Assembly: GCA_963758635.1 (NCBI GenBank) | Contig: CAVWWD010000008.1 | Location: forward strand, 1,088,001-1,152,000 | Source of the DNA: an uncultured Candidatus Rokubacteria bacterium | GTDB taxonomy: Bacteria > Methylomirabilota > Methylomirabilia > Rokubacteriales > CSP1-6 | Length of the DNA: 64,000 nucleotides | Direction of reading: 5' to 3' | Shown: positions 1-8,879 of the stretch, piece by piece | Numbering within the stretch: the first letter of the stretch is position 1 | Layout of the letters: each line of letters opens with the position of its first letter | Program-made: the position numbers and the translations under genes | Notes under the pieces: generated by a model | Told to the model about the DNA's origin: nothing | Database searches by the model: none | Seen by the model: the letters and a program-made list of their open reading frames with translations, nothing else

Positions 1-182
1 ACCGGCATGTTCACGTCGGTCACGGTGAGCGGCGGGCGCTCGGCGTCGAAGGTCTCGAGGCCCTCGCGGCCGTTGGCGGCGACCAGGCACGTGTAGCCGC
101 TGGACCGGAAGAACTCGTTCAGCACGCGCCGGATCTGGCGGTCGTCGTCCACGATCAGCACGCGGCGGTCGGTCTGGGCCAC
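1..182 (-). CDS. Response regulator receiver-domain protein (N-terminal part, runs off window)
   Basis: Own translation from GTG at 182: AQTDRRVLIVDDDRQIRRVLNEFFRSSGYTCLVAANGREGLETFDAERPPLTVTDVNMP, with REC DD and D motifs. Confidence 0.85.
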   Translation of the reverse strand, partial: MAQTDRRVLIVDDDRQIRRVLNEFFRSSGYTCLVAANGREGLETFDAERPPLTVTDVNMP

Positions 183-183
183 G

Positions 184-1140
184 TCACCGGCCTCCGGCCC
201 GGCCGGGCAGGCTCGCGGGCGCGGTGTCCTCGAACACCGAGACGCGGTTCTTGCCCGCGCGCTTGGCCGCGTACAGGGCCTCGTCGGCGGCGCGGATGAG
301 GTCGTCGGCGGCGGGCGTCACGTCCTCGGGCAGCGAGGCGATGCCGAAGCTCGCGGTGAGCGGCCGCCCGTGCGCGAAGGGATGGCGCGACAGCACGTGG
401 CGGATGCGGTCCGCGTAGAGCCGGGCGCCGTCCTTCGACGTCTCGACCAGCAGCACGATGAACTCGTCGCCCCCGTAGCGGCAGATCACGTTGATGCCGC
501 GCGAGTAGCGCATCAGGATCTCCGCCATGTCGCGCAGCGTCTCGTCGCCGGCGGCGTGGCCGAGGTCGTCGTTGATGGCCTTGAAGCCGTCCAGGTCCAG
601 CAGCACGACGGACACCGGATGGTTGAACCGGCGGTACCGCGAGACCTCTTCCTCGAGGCGGATCGTGAAGAAGCGCCGGTTGTAGAGCCCGGTCACGTCG
701 TCCTTGAACGAGAACTCCTTGAGCCGCGCGTTGGCGAACTCGAGCTCGGAGTAGGCGGCGTCGAGCCGGCGCGCGAACCGATCGACGTCCGCCGCCTGCT
801 GCTCGATCGTGGCGAGCGTGCGGGAGAACCCCGCGAGGAGGCCGCGTGTCTCGTCGGCCTCGTCATCGGCAGGATCGCGCGGCGTGGCCGGCGCTCCGGC
901 CCGGCCGGGACGGGCACGGGAAGGGGTTTGACGGCGCGGCTGCCCCCGACGATGCCGGCTCCGACCAGCAGGAGGAGCAGCGCCTGGAGCCAGGCCGGCA
1001 GGGGCAGGAACGGGAGCACGCCGAGAAGGGACAGCGCGCACCAGGCCCAGCGCCACCAGAGAGGACGTCAGGAGCAGGCCCAGACCACGGCTCGCCCGCT
1101 TCTGCGCCGCCTCTTTCCGGCCCGCCCTGTCCATGGCCAT
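184..1140 (-). CDS. Membrane-anchored diguanylate cyclase (GGDEF), compensating frameshifts in the N-terminal half
   Basis: DDVTGLYNRR, DLDGFKAINDDLGHAAGD and RYGGDEF motifs. The hydrophobic segment continues in ORF 693..1019. The RxxD inhibitory site reads RGIN. Confidence 0.9.
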   Translation of the reverse strand: MAMDRAGRKEAAQKRASRGLGLLLTSSLVALGLVRAVPSRRAPVPAPAGLAPGAAPPAGRSRHRRGQPRRQTPSRARPGRAGAPATPRDPADDEADETRGLLAGFSRTLATIEQQAADVDRFARRLDAAYSELEFANARLKEFSFKDDVTGLYNRRFFTIRLEEEVSRYRRFNHPVSVVLLDLDGFKAINDDLGHAAGDETLRDMAEILMRYSRGINVICRYGGDEFIVLLVETSKDGARLYADRIRHVLSRHPFAHGRPLTASFGIASLPEDVTPAADDLIRAADEALYAAKRAGKNRVSVFEDTAPASLPGRAGGR

Positions 1141-1261
1141 CCGAGCGTGTCTCCCGTCCCCGTTGATCGTCGTCACCGGCCCAGGATAGCGGACAGGATC
1201 GTCCGCGACGCCACGATCCCGTACCGCCGGTGGTCCGGCCGACTCCGGTTCGACGGCGAGC

Positions 1262-1332
1262 ATTATTCGGTGCCGCTCGCGGGAGTGTCAAGCCGGGCGT
1301 GGTTGACTGCGCTTCGCGCGCTGGAGTAGGGT
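1262..1332. promoter_or_regulatory. Divergent sigma70-type promoters (GGDEF gene / tusA)
   Basis: Minus strand TTGACA-N18-AATAAT (1291..1262); plus strand TTGACT-N18-TAGGGT (1303..1332). Confidence 0.55.
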
Positions 1333-1407
1333 TAGCGCGACCTATGCAGAACGGGCTCAGCGGACCAACGGTCGTCGCGTTCACTCGCGAATGATGCGGA
1401 CCGACCG

Positions 1408-1659
1408 GTGACGACGGCGCCGCAAGTCATCAATCCCGACAAGAAGATCGACTGCACGGGCCTGTTCTGCCCCATGCCGATCGTCAAGACGCGCGAAGCC
1501 ATCGCCACCATGGCGGTCGGTGAGGTGCTCGAGATGACCTCGGACGACCCCGGCTCCGACCCGGACATGAAGGTCTGGTCCCAGCGGTCCGGCCATGAGC
1601 TGGTGGAGGTGTCCCGGCAGGGAGCCGTCTTCCGCTTCCTGGTGCGAAAGAGCCGATAG
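1408..1659 (+). CDS. tusA: TusA/SirA-family sulfur carrier
   Basis: IDCTGLFCPMPIVK (CPxP) and SDDPGS..D motifs, 83 aa. Confidence 0.92.
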   Translation: MTTAPQVINPDKKIDCTGLFCPMPIVKTREAIATMAVGEVLEMTSDDPGSDPDMKVWSQRSGHELVEVSRQGAVFRFLVRKSR

Positions 1660-1663
1660 GGCC

Positions 1664-2861
1664 GTGGACCCCGGCGGAGCGGGCCCCGACCGGGTGTACC
1701 TGGACTATGCAGGCTTCGCCCCCGTGGACCCGCGGGTGCTCGCCGTCATGCGGCCCTTCCTCGAGGCGGGCATCGGCAACCCCGCCGCCCAGCACTCCCT
1801 CGGCGTCGAGGCGCGCGAGTCGCTCGACGCGGCCCGCGTGAAGGTCGGGCGCCTGGTCGGCGGCGCCGCCGCCGGCGTGGTCTTCACGTCCAGCGCCACC
1901 GAGGCCAACAACCTGGCGATCAAGGGGCTGACCCTCCGCGCCGGCGAGCGGCCGGGGCACGTGGTCGCCTCCGCGATCGAGCACATCTCGGTGCTCAACG
2001 CCTGCCGCGAGGTGGAGAAGTGGGGCGGCGCGGTCACCCTCGTGCCGGTGGGGGAAAGCGGCGCGATCGACCCCGCGCGCATCGGCGCCGCGCTCCGGCC
2101 CGACACCACGCTGGTGTCGATCGGGGCGGCGAACGAGGAGATCGGGACCGTTCAGCCCGTCGCCGAGCTGGCGCGCGTGGCCCGCGCGGCCGGCGTGCGC
2201 TTCCATGTGGACGGCGTGGGCGCGGTGGGCCGGGTGCCCCTCGGCGTGGACGCGCTCGGCATCGACCTCCTCACACTGTCGGGCAACGACATCTACGGGC
2301 CTCCCGGCTCCGGCGCGCTCTGGGTCCGGCCCGGCGTCAAGCTCGCGGCCCAGGTGCTCGGCGCCGGCCAGGAGCTCGGGTACCGGTCGGGCACCGAGAA
2401 CCTCCCCGCGCTGGTCGGCCTCGGGGTCGCCGCGGACCTGATGCGCACGCGAGGGCGCCCACGGCGAGGGCGCCCGCCTCATCCAGCTCCGCGACCGCCT
2501 CATGGACGGGCTGCTCGCCGCCGTGGCCGACTGCCGGCTCACCGGCTCTCGCGCCGCGCGCCTGCCGCACCACGTGAGCCTGGCGCTCCGCGGCGTGAAG
2601 GCGGACAGCGTGCTGCTCGACCTGGACCTGCGCGGGATCGCGGCCTCCTCGGGCTCGGCCTGCGCGCGCCTGACCCGGACGCCGTCCCACGTGTTGCGCG
2701 CCATCGGCTGCACGCCCGAGGAGGCGGAGGGCGCGCTCGCGTTCACGCTCGGCCGCTGGACGACGGCGGCGGAGATCGACGCCGCGCTGGAGCGCCTCCC
2801 GGCCGTCGTGGGCCGGCTGCGCGCGCTGTCGCCCCCGGGATCCTCGGCACACGCCACATGA
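1664..2861 (+). CDS. IscS/NifS-like class V aminotransferase-fold protein, PLP lysine replaced by Asp; frameshift near 2455
   Basis: VYLDYA, GNP, FTSSATEANN, EHISV, RSGTEN, SSGSAC and PSHVL motifs; SGNDIYGP where SxHKxYGP is expected. Confidence 0.9.
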
Positions 2862-3592
2862 GGCTCGTGCTCTTCGACATCGACGGCACGCTGCTCACCG
2901 CGCGCGGTGCGGGGCGCCGCGCGCTCGGCCGCGCGCTGGCCGCGACGTACGGCACGGCGGGCCGGCTCGACGGCTACGACTTCCGGGGCCGGACCGATCG
3001 CCGCATCGTCGCCGACCTCATGAGCGAGGCGGGCATCCCGCCCCGCCGCGTGCAGGCGCGCATGCGCGCGTGCTTCGACGCCTACGCCCTCGCGCTCACC
3101 GAGGAGATCGGCGACGGGGGCCTGGTGCGCCTCCTGCCCGGGGTGGGCGAGATCGTCCGGCGGCTCGGCGAGGACGCGCAGGTGGTCCTGGGCCTCGTCA
3201 CCGGCAACACGGAGGACGGAGCGCGGATCAAGCTCGCGCCCACCGGACTCTGGCCCGCGTTCCGCACCGGGGCCTACGGGTCCGAGCACTCGGATCGCCG
3301 GCGGCTGCCGGGGCTGGCCACCCGTCGCGCCCGCGCCCTGACCGGCCACGCCTTCCGGCCCGACGACGTGCTGGTGCTGGGCGACACGCCGCTCGACGTC
3401 GAGTGCGCCCGCGCCTTCGGCGCGGTGGCGGTGGCCGTGGCCACCGGTCAGTACTCCCGGGCCGAGCTGTCCGCGGCCGGGCCCGACCTGCTGTTCGACA
3501 CCTTCGCCGACGTCGAGGCGACGATCCGAGCCCTGCGGGACGCTTCGACGAGATCCTCGCCGCGGACCTCCTCTGCCGCAATCCCGACGTGA
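2858..3592 (+). CDS. HAD-superfamily hydrolase (phosphoglycolate phosphatase-like)
   Basis: MRLVLFDIDGTL, VTGN and LGDTPLD motifs; ATGA overlap with the upstream stop. Confidence 0.9.
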   Translation: MRLVLFDIDGTLLTARGAGRRALGRALAATYGTAGRLDGYDFRGRTDRRIVADLMSEAGIPPRRVQARMRACFDAYALALTEEIGDGGLVRLLPGVGEIVRRLGEDAQVVLGLVTGNTEDGARIKLAPTGLWPAFRTGAYGSEHSDRRRLPGLATRRARALTGHAFRPDDVLVLGDTPLDVECARAFGAVAVAVATGQYSRAELSAAGPDLLFDTFADVEATIRALRDASTRSSPRTSSAAIPT

Positions 3593-3792
3593 CAAAGTGC
3601 GAGTTCCTCGCTTTCGACCCCGAGGCCGCGCTCGGGCCTGCCGATGTCCGAGGTGCTCGCCGCGCACCGGGCGGCCATCGCCGACTACGATCGCGCCTGC
3701 GCCGCGCTGACCGCGCTCGCCGCGGAGCCAACGTCTCGCTGCGGGGCCTCGTCCAGCAGGTCAACGACACGCTCGCGCGCTCCGCGTCCTGA
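3589..3792 (+). CDS. Small hypothetical protein, probably frameshifted
   Basis: GTGA overlap with the HAD stop; coding-like text split between ORFs 3070..3792 and 3644..4093. Confidence 0.35.
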   Translation: MTKCEFLAFDPEAALGPADVRGARRAPGGHRRLRSRLRRADRARRGANVSLRGLVQQVNDTLARSAS

Positions 3793-3820
3793 GTCCTGGC
3801 GCAGGGAACTGGATTACCAT

Positions 3821-3995
3821 CCGCGCTCGGGCGTGGCGGCGGGCCGGCACCTGGGGTCGCGCAACCACGCCGCACGCGTGCGCTGCCCCGCTGTAGCTGG
3901 GCTCCATCCGGGCGCCGGGGGTCCGCTGACCGGAAGGAAGGGAAGGGCCCCGCGACCCCAGGTGCCGGCCCGCCGCCCAACGACAGAGCGCTGTT
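3821..3995 (+). repeat. Repeat family A copy 1 (~170-bp long-stem hairpin, MITE/REP-like)
   Basis: Arms GGGCCGGCACCTGGGGTCGCG / CGCGACCCCAGGTGCCGGCCC; homologous to 5314..5475 and 6222..6394. Confidence 0.9.
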
Positions 3996-4015
3996 CGGGC
4001 GGTAGCAGCGGATGC

Positions 4016-4227
4016 TCACAGGTCCTCCGGCCGCAAGCCGGTCCGTTTCGCGATCCGAGACAGCATGCGGGCCCGATCTCCTCATCATCGTGAAAGGCAA
4101 ACACGAAATCCGCCCAGCCGGGGCGGGCCAACGTTAGGTGGGAGCCCGACTGACGCTTGACCACCCAACCAATCCTGAGGAGGGCGGCTAGCACCCGGCG
4201 AGAGCGGGTACTTGGCCAGCCGTTCAC
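4016..4227 (-). CDS. hicA: HicA-family toxin (one-base frameshift near 4070)
   Basis: GWVVKRQSGSHLTL..FAFHDDEEIGP, continuing RMLSRIAKRTGLRPEDL-stop in the shifted frame. Confidence 0.88.
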
Positions 4228-4433
4228 GCGGCGTTGAAGGAGATGCTCAGTAGTTCAGGTCCAGCCTCACCGTGTTCCAACCGCTCCGCGAGGACCCGAA
4301 GGGCAAGAGCCTGAACCCTGGACAGGGCCGCCTCTTGCGTCTCCCCGTACGCGAGGACGCCCGGCATCTCCGCAACCTCTGCCAGCCACCGACCATCGTC
4401 CTCCCGCTCGAGTTCGACCTTGAACGTGATCAA
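4224..4433 (-). CDS. hicB: HicB-family antitoxin (short form, upstream of toxin)
   Basis: ELEREDDGRWLAEVAEMPGVLAYGETQEAAL; overlaps the hicA start. Confidence 0.9.
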   Translation of the reverse strand: MITFKVELEREDDGRWLAEVAEMPGVLAYGETQEAALSRVQALALRVLAERLEHGEAGPELLSISFNAA

Positions 4434-4497
4434 GGGCTCATGACCTCCGGGTCACGAGTATACGACGTTGGCTCCGAGCACTCGTATCCCACAACCC

Positions 4498-4559
4498 GCC
4501 GAACGGTCGGTATCAGGCGCGGCCGCCCGGCGGCCGACGCCTGGATACCGAAGTTAGAC
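4498..4559 (-). mobile_element. Integron attC recombination site (62 bp)
   Basis: Minus strand GTCTAAC-ttcg-GTATCCAG...CTGATAC-cgacc-GTTCGGC. R'' contains the TAA stop of the upstream ORF and L'' has one extra C relative to L'. Confidence 0.85.
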
Positions 4560-4943
4560 GACGGCCGCCGGCCGCTGACCCTGGCGTCTCGGCGACCCAG
4601 GGCGATCGGAGCGCGACGCGAGAAAGGCGGAGTCATCACCGCGATGCATGTACAGTCGGCCTTCGAGGCGGTCGCCTCGGAGAATACCCCAGCCGCGACC
4701 ACATCCGGGATCGTTGTCGTTCTCGCCTTCCCAGGAGAAGTCAACGGCCGGCGCGCCGTTGCGCTCTTCGAACCGGCAGTCGAGCCATCCACGCACCGTA
4801 CCGAACTGGAACTGGCCCATCTGTTCGCGATCGAACTCGATGAAGGCAGGGACCATCAGGTCGAGGTAATCCTTGTCCCACACCTCCATTTCGACGATGC
4901 GCCAGTACCCAACGAACGCGTCCGGTGTCTTCGGTGCGATCAT
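4554..4943 (-). CDS. Hypothetical protein carried as an integron gene cassette
   Basis: 129-aa ORF with lower GC, rich in W/G/F; preceded by GTTAGGC (4972..4966) and ending inside the attC R'' box. Confidence 0.8.
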   Translation of the reverse strand: MIAPKTPDAFVGYWRIVEMEVWDKDYLDLMVPAFIEFDREQMGQFQFGTVRGWLDCRFEERNGAPAVDFSWEGENDNDPGCGRGWGILRGDRLEGRLYMHRGDDSAFLASRSDRPGSPRRQGQRPAAVV

Positions 4944-5002
4944 CCGTTCACGCTTTGTCCCCGTCGCCTAACTACTATTCGACGCCGCACCAACGCCGAC
5001 GG

Positions 5003-5090
5003 TCATTCGACTACCTGATCGGCGCGCAGCAGGAGCGACGGCGGGATCGTGAGGCCGAGGACCTTGGCGGTCCGGCCGTTCAGACGGAAC
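5003..5090 (-). pseudogene. C-terminal remnant of an ABC substrate-binding protein (ABC_sub_bind-type)
   Basis: Own translation FRLNGRTAKVLGLTIPPSLLLRADQVVE-stop; no matching upstream frame. Confidence 0.7.
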
Positions 5091-5313
5091 CGTGTAGCGC
5101 CGCCCGGTCAGTGTATCGCCGCGGGATATCCGGGCGCGACGCATGAGGCCTGCCGGCATTTTCATCCGTCGTGTCACGCCCTTGCTTCCTCCACCGCGGA
5201 TGTGGTCCACCCGGATACGCTGTCAGGCGGGCGCAGTGTATCGCGGGCGCCGCTCGCCGCTGCTTTCATTCGCCGGATACCAGTCGGTCGGGCGCGATCA
5301 ATCCGGTTACCTT

Positions 5314-5475
5314 CCGCGCTCGGCCGTGGCGCGGGGCCGGCACCTGCGGTCGCGGAACGACGCCGCCGGCGTGCGCTGCCCCGCTGTTCGCTGGGCTCCC
5401 TCCGGGCGCGCGGAGTCCCTGGAAGGGTCCCGCGACCGCAGGTGCCGGCCCGACGCCCGACGGCAGAGCGCTGTT
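5314..5475 (+). repeat. Repeat family A copy 2
   Basis: Arms GGGCCGGCACCTGCGGTCGCG / CGCGACCGCAGGTGCCGGCCC; ends GAGCGCTGTT. Confidence 0.9.
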
Positions 5476-5498
5476 GGCCGTAACGGTTTGCGCCCCGA

Positions 5499-6152
5499 TC
5501 AGGGGAGGCCGGTGATCTTGATCCCGGAGTTCTTCAGCTTGTAACGGCGGTTCACCGTGGCGAGCACGGCGGTGATGCCCTCGAGCGGGCCGGCGTTGGT
5601 GAGCGGCCCCGACGTCCACCGCGCGCAGCCCGAGCGACGCGCCCAGCTCGCCGACCACGCGCTTGGCGTCGGCGTCGCCTCCGCAGAGCAGGAGGTCGCA
5701 CTCGATGGCGTGCTCCGTCGCCGACAGCTCGTGCGCCGCGATGTGGTGGAACGCGGCGACCACGCGGGCCTCGGCGCCGAGCAGCTCCTGCGCCTCCTCG
5801 GCGGAGGAGCCCTGGGGCGGCGGCGTGAAGAGCCGCCCGCCGCCGAACGTGAGCGGGACGACGGTGCTGACCACCGTCTTGCCGCGGCAGCCCCTCGCGC
5901 AGCTCGGGCAGCGTGTTGGGCAGCCCGTTGGCGGGCACGGCCAGCACGACGACCTCCCCGCCGCGGCAGCGTCGCGGTTTGCCATGCCGGAGATGCGCGC
6001 CCCCGGCGCCAGCGCCGCCAGCTCCGCCGCCTTCGCCTTGGCGCGCTCCGCGTCACGCGAGCCGATCGATGATCTCGTGCCCGGCCTGCGCCCACCGCAC
6101 GCCCAGCCCCGCGCCCTTCCTTCCCCGTCCCTCCCATGATCGCGATCTTCAT
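5499..6152 (-). CDS. npdG: NADPH-dependent F420 reductase (several frameshifts)
   Basis: MKIAIMGGTGKEG, IGSRDAERA, LAVP, SSAEEAQ, VVAAFHHI and LEGITAVLATVNRRYK..GIKITG. Confidence 0.9.
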   Translation of the reverse strand: MKIAIMGGTGKEGRGAGRAVGAGRARDHRSARVTRSAPRRRRRSWRRWRRGRASPAWQTATLPRRGGRRAGRARQRAAQHAARAARGAAAARRWSAPSSRSRSAAGGSSRRRPRAPPPRRRRSCSAPRPAWSPRSTTSRRTSCRRRSTPSSATSCSAEATPTPSAWSASWARRSGCARWTSGPLTNAGPLEGITAVLATVNRRYKLKNSGIKITGLP

Positions 6153-6221
6153 GCGTCAGATCTCCTGTCATGTCGTGGTCGATATCGACTCGCATGTTGC
6201 GTTGCCGTCGCTGAGCCGATC

Positions 6222-6394
6222 AACAGCGCGTGGCCGTGGGGCGTTGGGCAGGTACCTGGGGTCGCGGGGCCCTTCCCCTCCATCGGGCATCGGACCCCGC
6301 GCGCCCGGATGGAGCCCAGCTACAGCGGGGCAGCGCACGCGTGCGGCGTGGTTCCGCGACCCCAGGTACCTGCCCGACGCCCCGCCCGAGCGCG
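6222..6394 (-). repeat. Repeat family A copy 3 (inverted)
   Basis: Arms GGGCAGGTACCTGGGGTCGCGG / CCGCGACCCCAGGTACCTGCCC; same internal loop sequence as copy 1. Confidence 0.9.
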
Positions 6395-6418
6395 ATGATC
6401 GCCGGCGAAGGAGCGCCA

Positions 6419-7175
6419 CTAGCGGAACAGGTCGCGCGAGGGATCGCGGAGGAGCGCACGCACGCTGCCCTCGCCGGGCGTCCACGCGAGCCCGCGGACG
6501 ATCGCGACGGGGATGCGGTCGAGCTTGCCCATGACAGGCTCGGCCGCCGCCGGCCAGCTCGTCGGCGACGGCGAGGACGGTCGCCTGGAGGACGTGGCCG
6601 CCGGGATCCACCTCGCCGAGGTAGCTCTTGAGCGGATCGACGCCGGCCACGCCGACGGCGATGTTGACGAGGCCCTCGCGCCACGGGCGGCCGAAGGTGT
6701 CGGCGATGACGATGGCGAGGCGGTGGCCGGTCAAGGCGGCGATGCCGTCCCGCAGCGCGCGCGCCGACGCGTCGGAGTCGATGGGCAGGAGGCAGGCGGT
6801 GTCGGCGTCCACGTTGGACTGGTCCACGCCGGCGTTCGCGCACACGAACCCGTGGTGCGTCTCCACGATCAGGACGTCCCGGGCCTGGCGCACGACGCGG
6901 CGGCTCTCCGAGAGGATCACCTCGACGAGGCGGGGGTCGCGGTTCACGACCTCCGCGACGGCCAGCGCGCGCTCCGAGGGCACGACCTCCGAGAGCCGCA
7001 CCACCCGTCCCTCGGCCTTCGACACGATCTTCTGGCTCACGACGAGGAGATCGCCGGCGGCGAGCGGCGTGCCCTGGCGCCGCGCGGCGTCCGTGACGAG
7101 CGGGGCGAGGTCGTCGCCGCGCCGCACCTCGGGCATGTCGTCGACGCCGATCACTTCGTAGCGGAAGCGCGGCAT
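6419..7175 (-). CDS. cofE: Coenzyme F420-0:L-glutamate ligase (no C-terminal nitroreductase domain; frameshift near 6545)
   Basis: PEVRRGDDL, SQKIVSKAEGR, CANAGVDQSN, DTFGRPWREG and ADELA motifs; ends DLFR-stop. Confidence 0.95.
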
Positions 7176-7180
7176 CGGCG

Positions 7181-7840
7181 TCAGCGGCCGGCCAGGCGAG
7201 CGGGGACGCCGAGGCGCGCGAGCAGCGCCCCGCTGCGAGTGGCCGCCCCCAGCCGGAGCAGGGCGGCGAGGTCGTCGGGCCCGTCGATGTCGAGGCCGAG
7301 GCCGGGCAGGCGGAGCGTCTGGACGGCGAGGCCGCGGCTTCGCGCCGCCTCGAGGTGGTTCGCGAACGACGGCTCGCCGAACTTGAGCGGCATCGCGTCG
7401 GGCGGGGTGAGGAGCGCTCCGTTCGTGCCGAAGCCGGAAGCCGAGGGCACGAACACCGCGGCGGGCGCCGGCCCCGGCGCGCCCGCGAGCGCTCGCAGCT
7501 CGTCCGCGGTCACGCACGGCACGTCGCCCGGGATCGTCACGAAGACGCGCGCGCCCGCGGCGCCGGCCTCGCGCTGGGCGAGCGCCACCGCCTCGGTGTG
7601 GCCGCGGTTGACGGCCTCGGTGAGGCAGGCCACGCCGTGACGCGTGGCCAGCGCGATCGCGCCCGCGTCCCGCGTGACCACGCGGACCTCGCCGATCTCC
7701 GCGGCGATGAGCGCGTCCAGCACGTCCTCGAGCATCGCCTCGGCCAGCGCGCTCCGCTCCTCCTGGGTCAGCGTGGCGGCGAGCCGCTGCTTGGCGTCCA
7801 CCAGGTCCTTCACGGGCACCGCGCAGACGAGGCCGCTCAC
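7181..7840 (-). CDS. cofC: 2-phospho-L-lactate/PEP guanylyltransferase
   Basis: AVPVKDLVDAKQRLA, AMLEDVL, GTNGALL, FGEPSFANH and LDIDGPDDL motifs. Confidence 0.93.
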   Translation of the reverse strand: MSGLVCAVPVKDLVDAKQRLAATLTQEERSALAEAMLEDVLDALIAAEIGEVRVVTRDAGAIALATRHGVACLTEAVNRGHTEAVALAQREAGAAGARVFVTIPGDVPCVTADELRALAGAPGPAPAAVFVPSASGFGTNGALLTPPDAMPLKFGEPSFANHLEAARSRGLAVQTLRLPGLGLDIDGPDDLAALLRLGAATRSGALLARLGVPARLAGR

Positions 7841-8763
7841 CCGAGCGTCTCCAGCACCGCGCGCGGCGAGCCGGGTCTCGGCCTCGCGCCCGGTCATGAG
7901 CGTGTCGGTCACGATGGCCTCGACGCCGCCGTGTCGCACCTCGTCCGCCGCGGCGGGCGCCCGCTCGTCCACCACGAGCGCGTCCAGCCAGGGCGCGTAC
8001 GCGCGGGCGACGCCGGCCGCCGACACCGGCAGCCCCCGCCAGGTCATGAGACGCCCGGCCGGTCCCGACACCGGGGCGTCGCCGATGATGGGGCTCACCC
8101 CGACGACGCGGGCCCGCGTGCCCTCGAGCGCCGCGGCGACGCCGGGCACGGAGAGGATCGGCCCGATCGACGTGATGGGATTCGACGGGCACACGATGAC
8201 GGCGCGCGCGTCGCGGATCGCCTCGAGCACCCCGGCGCCGGCGTCGCCGCCGCCGCGCCGACGAACGCGACGTCGCGGACCTCGGTCTGCGCCTTGTCGC
8301 GCACGAAGTACTCCTGGAAGTCGAGCCAGCCCTCGGGCCCCAGGATGCGCGTGCGGACGGGCTGGTCGGACATCGGCAGGAGCGCGGGGCCGGCGCCGAG
8401 GGCGGAGGCGATGGACGCCGTCGCCTCGCTCAGGGTCCGCCCTTCGCCGAGGAGCCGCGTGCGGTGCAGGTGGGTGGCGAGGTCGCGGTCGCCGAGGCTG
8501 AACCACGCGGGCTCGCCGAAGCGGGCCATGCGCTCGAGCGCGTAAAACGTCTCGCCCTGGAGGCCCCAGCCCCGCTTCTCGTCGGCGATGCCGGCCAGCG
8601 CGTAGCACACGCTGTCGAGGTCCGGGGAGACGTACAGGCCCCACACGATGCAGTCGTCGCCGGTGTTCCCGACGATGGTCAGCTCGCCGGGCGACAGCAG
8701 CGGAGCGAGGCCGCGCAGGAATCGCGCGGCGCCGGTCCCGCCGGCCAGCGCGACCACCTTCAC
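7837..8763 (-). CDS. cofD: LPPG:FO 2-phospho-L-lactate transferase (frameshifts near 8240 and 7860)
   Basis: LAGGTGAARF, GNTGDD, SPDLD, WFSLGDRDLATH, FQEYFV, PSNPITSIGPIL and VSGPAG motifs. Confidence 0.95.
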
Positions 8764-8778
8764 GGCGCCGCGCTCACC

Positions 8779-8876
8779 GGCTGCTGAAGGAGTGCGGATT
8801 TCGACTTCGCCGTGCGGGCAGACACCGCGATTCTGCGTACGCACGCGGAGCCGTCTCGCCGTTCCTTCACGGCGCC
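8779..8876 (+). repeat. Repeat family B copy 1 (~95-bp MITE-like element)
   Basis: Core TTTCGACTTCGCCGTGCGGGCAGACACCGCGATTCTGCGTACGCACGCGG shared with 36269..36364 and 52726..52821. Confidence 0.85.
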
Positions 8877-8879
8877 ACC

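Noticed and set aside
1595..3592. Apparent IscS-HAD fusion ORF (665 aa)
   Set aside because: The IscS C-terminus lies in another frame (2502..2861) and ends with an ATGA overlap at the HAD start, so the fusion is an indel artefact.
3821..6394. Repeat family A as canonical attC sites
   Set aside because: Only one end has the AAC/GTT triplet, and copy 3 is inverted and lies between housekeeping genes. It is kept only as an attC-associated element.
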